NCBI GenBank assembly: GCA_008632985.1
Contig: QPGO01000159.1
Location: 62,001 to 126,000, forward strand
Reading direction: 5' to 3'
DNA: 64,000 nt
Origin: Psammoneis japonica
Lineage: Eukaryota
Shown here: in pieces, positions 58,745 through 64,000 of the stretch
Position numbering within the stretch: position 1 is the stretch's first letter
Layout: the number at the start of each line of letters is the position of its first letter
The notes under the pieces: model-generated
Told to the model about the DNA's origin: nothing
The model's input: only the letters and a program-made list of their open reading frames with translations
Databases searched by the model: none
Translations under genes and position numbers: made by a program

Positions 58745-61700
58745 TGCACTATGCTCGAAGAACGAGTGTAAATGAAAGTAGAACGAAGTTCAAAAAGTGA
58801 AAATTATGAGATTAAATTTTACTCTGTGATTTTTGGTTTCTCCGAACGAGTTCTCAATGGCCTAAAGCTTCTGTACTGCTTCTACAGACAAAAGGCCTTT
58901 CGGAGAATATATTCGTGACAACAGATTGTCCGGATACGATTGCCATTGACACGTAAGATGTCAACATCATCAATCGATCGTATTTGCAATTCTCGACATC
59001 CGGTCAACTCTGTGTGATCGTTCTGTCCTTTGTACGCATCCACGACTGTGGTACGATTGACACATAAATAATATATAATCATAATATGTGTGTAACAGTC
59101 GCATGCTGCATTCGCCTCCCTAATTGCACATTAGAGTCATTTGTTAAGTGGATTATTCGACGGACATTGACAGTGTCAATAATGTCTCCACGTTCACTGT
59201 ATTGTGCCATTAGCAATGACTGTTGTTGTTTTATATAGGCCAGCATACACAGGGCCGTTTCATTTTCCAAATGTCTTTCGAGAGTATCATGGTTTGTCTC
59301 ACGCTTTATGTGTATATATAATGCTCTACCTGTATATGAATATGAATATACTGTAGTATTGCGTCGAGTATTCTCTCTGACATTATTTGTTCATTTGGAC
59401 ACACGGACCAATTGTCCTGCTGTTCTTTCATGGTATCGATTGTACATAGCATTCTGCCCAGTACTCGATGTACGCACTTAATTGGCGTTCACTTACTTAC
59501 TTGTGGATTTCGTGTAGTTTGGCGGGCTTACTTTATATGCCACATTGCTCTGCTGCACTACCACGTTTCATAAGTAATAATTAACGATGGTCAAGGATAT
59601 GACCATTTCGTCTTGATGATCAATCCTGTGATGGTTATGAATTCCATTATGGATTTTTTGTACTTCAACCATCTATCAGTTGGGTTTTAATCGTTATTTG
59701 GACATTTCTTTTTGACATACCGGTGTTATTTTGTCATTCCGAAGGCACTGGTTTCATGCACTAAGTGGATAAATGTCCATTTTTCTTTTCTCTTTCTAGA
59801 TCTTTGGTACATCTCGTGTGTCGACATGATGCACATTTTAATGTCTTGCCTCGTACATTGTACAATACAACCGTACGGGTGTTGTGAGATTGTCTTTTGC
59901 CAGTGTAAAGTGGATACGTATAATGTGTACCAATCTGTCACTGTTTTTTCCTAAATCGTCCTTTAAAAAGGCGATTTTATCCTTATGATATGAGCATTTT
60001 TTGATCTCGCTCGCCTCCACGAAAAGTGTTCGTATGATATGTCGCGTCCGACAATTTGGAGGGAAATGTCTTTATCCCATTTTAACGGTAGGACATTGTC
60101 GTAGGATTCAATTTTCTATAGTAAGTCGGCTGATCGCGTCTATCGCGACGATGTTCGCCTTGCCCTCGATGTATTTTAATTCGGGACTGAAGTTTTTTAT
60201 TTTAAGTCATCAACGTATGACTTTGTCCGTTGTGTCTTATGGTCCGTATATATATAAATGTGTTGGCCAAACAGTATATTTCGGAATTTTTTAAGTGTTT
60301 TCACTATGGACAGAAGTTCTTTTTTCCGTTGTAACGTATAACATTGAAATACGTGTATGACAACAATATAGTTTTTGATTTGATACGCTCCATATTTTCG
60401 GAGACTTTTCGTTCCGTACTTGTACTTTTGCCGTTTGACCTTTATTGAGGTGAATCTGGCTAGTGTTGTACAGGAGATCGTTGAGACTACATGTCTCGAT
60501 AGTAGTAACGTATAACGACGAGATGTCGTAGTGTTCTTTACATTTTTCTCATGTTGCGATTGATTGAATCGCCTCCATTTTCTTTGTAATCGAATGCACA
60601 TCGTTACGTATGGAAGTCTTGATAGTTTATTTCAAGTTAAATAGTGAAGGACTTTTGTTGTTAACCTTCTAAGCGACTGTTCTAGTCGTTTGAATGCCGT
60701 ATTAAGCTGTCACTTGTACAGGTGATATTTTGAAGTCACCTTTTGTCAGGTATAAACTATCATATACAGTCGTTCTGACAACTTCAAACCTGTTATGAGT
60801 TCACTCATGTGTTGTTTAAAAATATCTGGGGCTCTATAGATTCTCATTGGAAGTCTATAGCACTCATTTTCTCCCTACGGCATGATTTTCGTGTGAGCAC
60901 GACGTGTGCTTTTTTTATTTGACATGGTGGCATTCCATGTTTGAATCAAATAGATTACATATATGAAACGTTCTTGCTTCAACAGTATTTCCTGAATATT
61001 AGGTAAAGGATGCACTACGTGTATGAACCTTTTACCAAGCTTCTGAGTGTCGGACACGGTCAAACTCGACCTGTTTTCTTTAGACAATGAGTCTCAGAGT
61101 GACTGATTCAGAGTAATTTCATTTTTAAGACTTCAATCTTTCATAATAGGTCAAACTCCTTTTGATTGGACGCCTCCAAAGACTGTGATAGGAGAAGGTT
61201 CTCACGCGTCGTGGAATCGCGTCAGATTTTCCACGATGAGATCCAGTGGTTCTTCCCATACATTTGTCTGAGGAACTTTTCAAAAAGATTTCAACCTCTT
61301 AAGAAGATTGAGTTGGTTGTGTTCATTTGGGTTAGATGCATCACCGTAGTTGTCACTTGATTAGGATCGATGGCGTGACAATGTGAGTCGAGGACCATTG
61401 GTTCCGTTATTAACTCTATTCACGGCGTCATATTTTTCAATGTGATCGGTTTTCAACTTGAAAACATCGGCATCGAAGAGTGTATGAACATTCTTCATAG
61501 GGTAATTGCTTCTTCCCATTTGACTTCTTCATTTCCGCAGTCTAATGTGATTACAAGACTGGACATTAAGTCGCGTCCCATGATCATATTACTCGACCTT
61601 GAAGAAGATTTCGTGTTATCGACATATACTGTTTGAATGTCAGTACGTCTTAAATTTGCATAGTGAGAACTGAATTCGGTTTCTACTATCAGTCGTAAAG

Positions 61701-64000
61701 AGCTCACCCTTGGTTTCCCAAGTTTTTTGGTGGCGGATATTTTGGTTCTCAACTTTCGCACGATTTTGCGTAAAATCATGGGCTGACGATGTTCTTTATT
61801 GAGAGAACAGGTAGAAGCTTATTTTTTGCTTTTCTCAGAGAAGTAGTCATATAGACGGCGAGAATAGGACTCGTATAACATACCATGATGTTTTTTCTGG
61901 GTTTCCAGACGTCCTGTAACGCGGTATACTCCTCGATCGGTGTAAATTTTTGATCGGACTTGATCGGTTCAATTTTTCTAAATTGATAGTTTTATTCGTT
62001 AAGCGTTTTAGAGTCTTAATTTTCGCTCTTATTTTCTCGTTCCTTTGCCAAGGAACTCGCTTGATAGTTTTTGTGAACTACCTCGTCACTGTGGAGTTCA
62101 ATTCCTCTTTCACAGAGGTATTTCTGCTGTCGTCACGCGACCGCGTGCGATTGCTGTTAGAGTATCATATTTTTTTGGGGTCTCTTTCAGAGCCACCCTT
62201 GCACTCTTTTGCTCTTTTTCTTGTTCAAGGAACTCGCTTTGAGTATTTTTTTGAACTGCCTGATCAATCATGACGTTCAACTCTTTTTTTGCGAGCGGCA
62301 TTTTCGTCATCGCGACGACACGTGCGATTGCCATTTGAACTGCGCCGTTTTGGATCACATTCATAGTGTCCAAGGCGTTCTTTTGCTAGTTCATTTTCAG
62401 AATAGCATTAATCCGTGATGTGGGTATTCTTTTTTCAAAGATTGGACCTTTTACTCACTTTGGATTGTTCTGGCACCATATAGGAGACCATTTTTGGAAC
62501 CAAATTTGGAACCTTTTTGATTTTGGAATCAACAGCACTATCAGAGCCTGATTTGATATGTTTTTTTATCATAGACGTCCTCGCCGACCTCTGGACGACT
62601 CAAACCTCAATCAGCTTGTCAAGGGTATGATCCAATAATCCAATATTTTGGACAGTAGGCTGATGCTGCCATCCTTGCGGTGCGAGTGATAGCTGATATC
62701 TCACGGCTCGGTTTCCCGCTAGATTCAACTTAGAATCGATTGAAGGGTCGTATAGACTCTCATCATTGACCTCTTGGGTCGAACAGGCACTCTCTTGCTG
62801 CTGAGAGCCTTTAGTTTCTTCAGATCATCTCGAAAAAAATAATTCTGATTCTTAAGTGCAATTCCTCGGAGAACATGAGTTATGAGACACTTGAGGTACT
62901 TTTGAACGGTTCCCTCTTGCTCTTTGGACTCGAGGCTCGTTGATTCGGTCTCTAAAAACTCTCCAATAGTCTCTCCTTGCAAAGTAGATGTATTTCTCGG
63001 ATCTGATCGACTCGGGACTTGCATTCTCTGCAACCATGACTTGGTGTAGTTTTTGATAATGCGGTGTACTTGTAGAGTCCTTGATCCTTGGATGCTTGGA
63101 ATAGACCGTATTAGAACGAATCTTGTCATTTGCTAGACGAAAAACAGCGTTCCATCTTGAGGTGCTGCTCGGATTGAGCTTCTTCCGCTCGGAAATCGAT
63201 TCTAGTAGAACTGATGCGATTCGTCCCTGTTTATAGAAGAATTTACAAAGGCACATTAGTTAAAATTTTCATTTTCCGTGCTTTTTACCTTCTGTGGTGT
63301 GTGTGCACAATGCACTGTGCTCGAAGAACGAGTGTAAACGAAAGTAGAACGAAGTTCGAAAAGTGAAAATTACTACAAATTGCTAAACACTTGTCACTTT
63401 TCACGCGTAAAGCACGTTCGATCGCTCCGAAGCGGAAATTTTCCATTCGTTGCTGGTTTGTACCAGAGCCACGTAGAATTCTACAGAGACTCCTTCAGAC
63501 GTGTCACACGCGCCTCTCGCAAAGCAACACGAGACAATGCGTGAAACACCGTCGGCATTTTACGACCATGGCGCCACCCTTCACCGCCCTTTCTTTCACT
63601 CCTATCGTTTAGTATAACCTTACTGAAACATGGTAGAGTGATGAAAAGGGCAGAATCAACAATAATGGGCACTGCCATTGTCGGATACATGCCCGTGTTG
63701 CTTCACCGTGGTTTTTGTCGGAGGTCGGAGCGGGGTGAGTCGGAAAACAGCAAGACGTCGCGCTGTGAATTTCTACGTGGCTCTGGTACAAAATGGCAAC
63801 GAATGGAAATTTTCCCTTCGAAGGCGAACGAAGGCGCTTTACGCGCGAAGAGTCACAAGTGATTAGCAATTTGTAGTATGAGATTAAATTTTACTCTGTG
63901 ATTTTTGGTTTCTCCGAACGAGTTCTCAATGGCCTAAAGCTTCTGTACTGCTTCTACAGACAAAAGGCCTTTCGGAGAATATATTCGTGACAACAGATTG
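58745..64000 (-). mobile_element. Gypsy family B element (3' LTR 58745-59110; 5' LTR from 63311 past the window end), decayed gag-pol
   Basis: Minus-strand motifs MIMGRDLM, HPLPNIQEIL, ELLSIVKTLKKFRNILFGQHIYIYTDHK; PPT AGGGAGGCGAA. Confidence 0.9.
63373..63876. mobile_element. Tc1/mariner-type MITE (504 bp) in the family-B LTR
   Basis: TA TSD; TIR CTACAAATTGCTAAWCACTTGT extending imperfectly for about 110 bp. Confidence 0.9.

Overview
Eukaryotic, transposon-dense window, most likely from a diatom (CoDi-like Copia, Plavaka-like transposase, strong CpG-to-TpG/CpA decay; taxon is inferred). Only one host gene is recognisable: a two-exon eIF3f at 27272-28267 (-). The rest is nested mobile DNA whose boundaries can mostly be read from the sequence. 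(1) A full-length decayed Copia (308-9737, TSD GTGAG) contains a MITE, a duplicated integrase segment and two copies of a TRIM with tRNA-type A/B boxes. (2) A Ginger-like integrase transposon with Ulp1 and RING domains (10959-16137) sits in a deleted Plavaka-family element (10445-18085). (3) An ISL2EU-like transposon (18105-23353, TSD AT) has an intact Exo1/FEN1(XPG)-SAP-SWIM partner gene instead of the usual YqaJ exonuclease; this is the top candidate for an undescribed system. (4) A 13.9-kb Plavaka-like transposon (34789-48697, TSD CA) carries large uncharacterised cargo genes. (5) Two Gypsy families are nested at 50369-64000. There are several MITEs and two assembly gaps. All domain calls are motif recognition by eye; no database searches were run.
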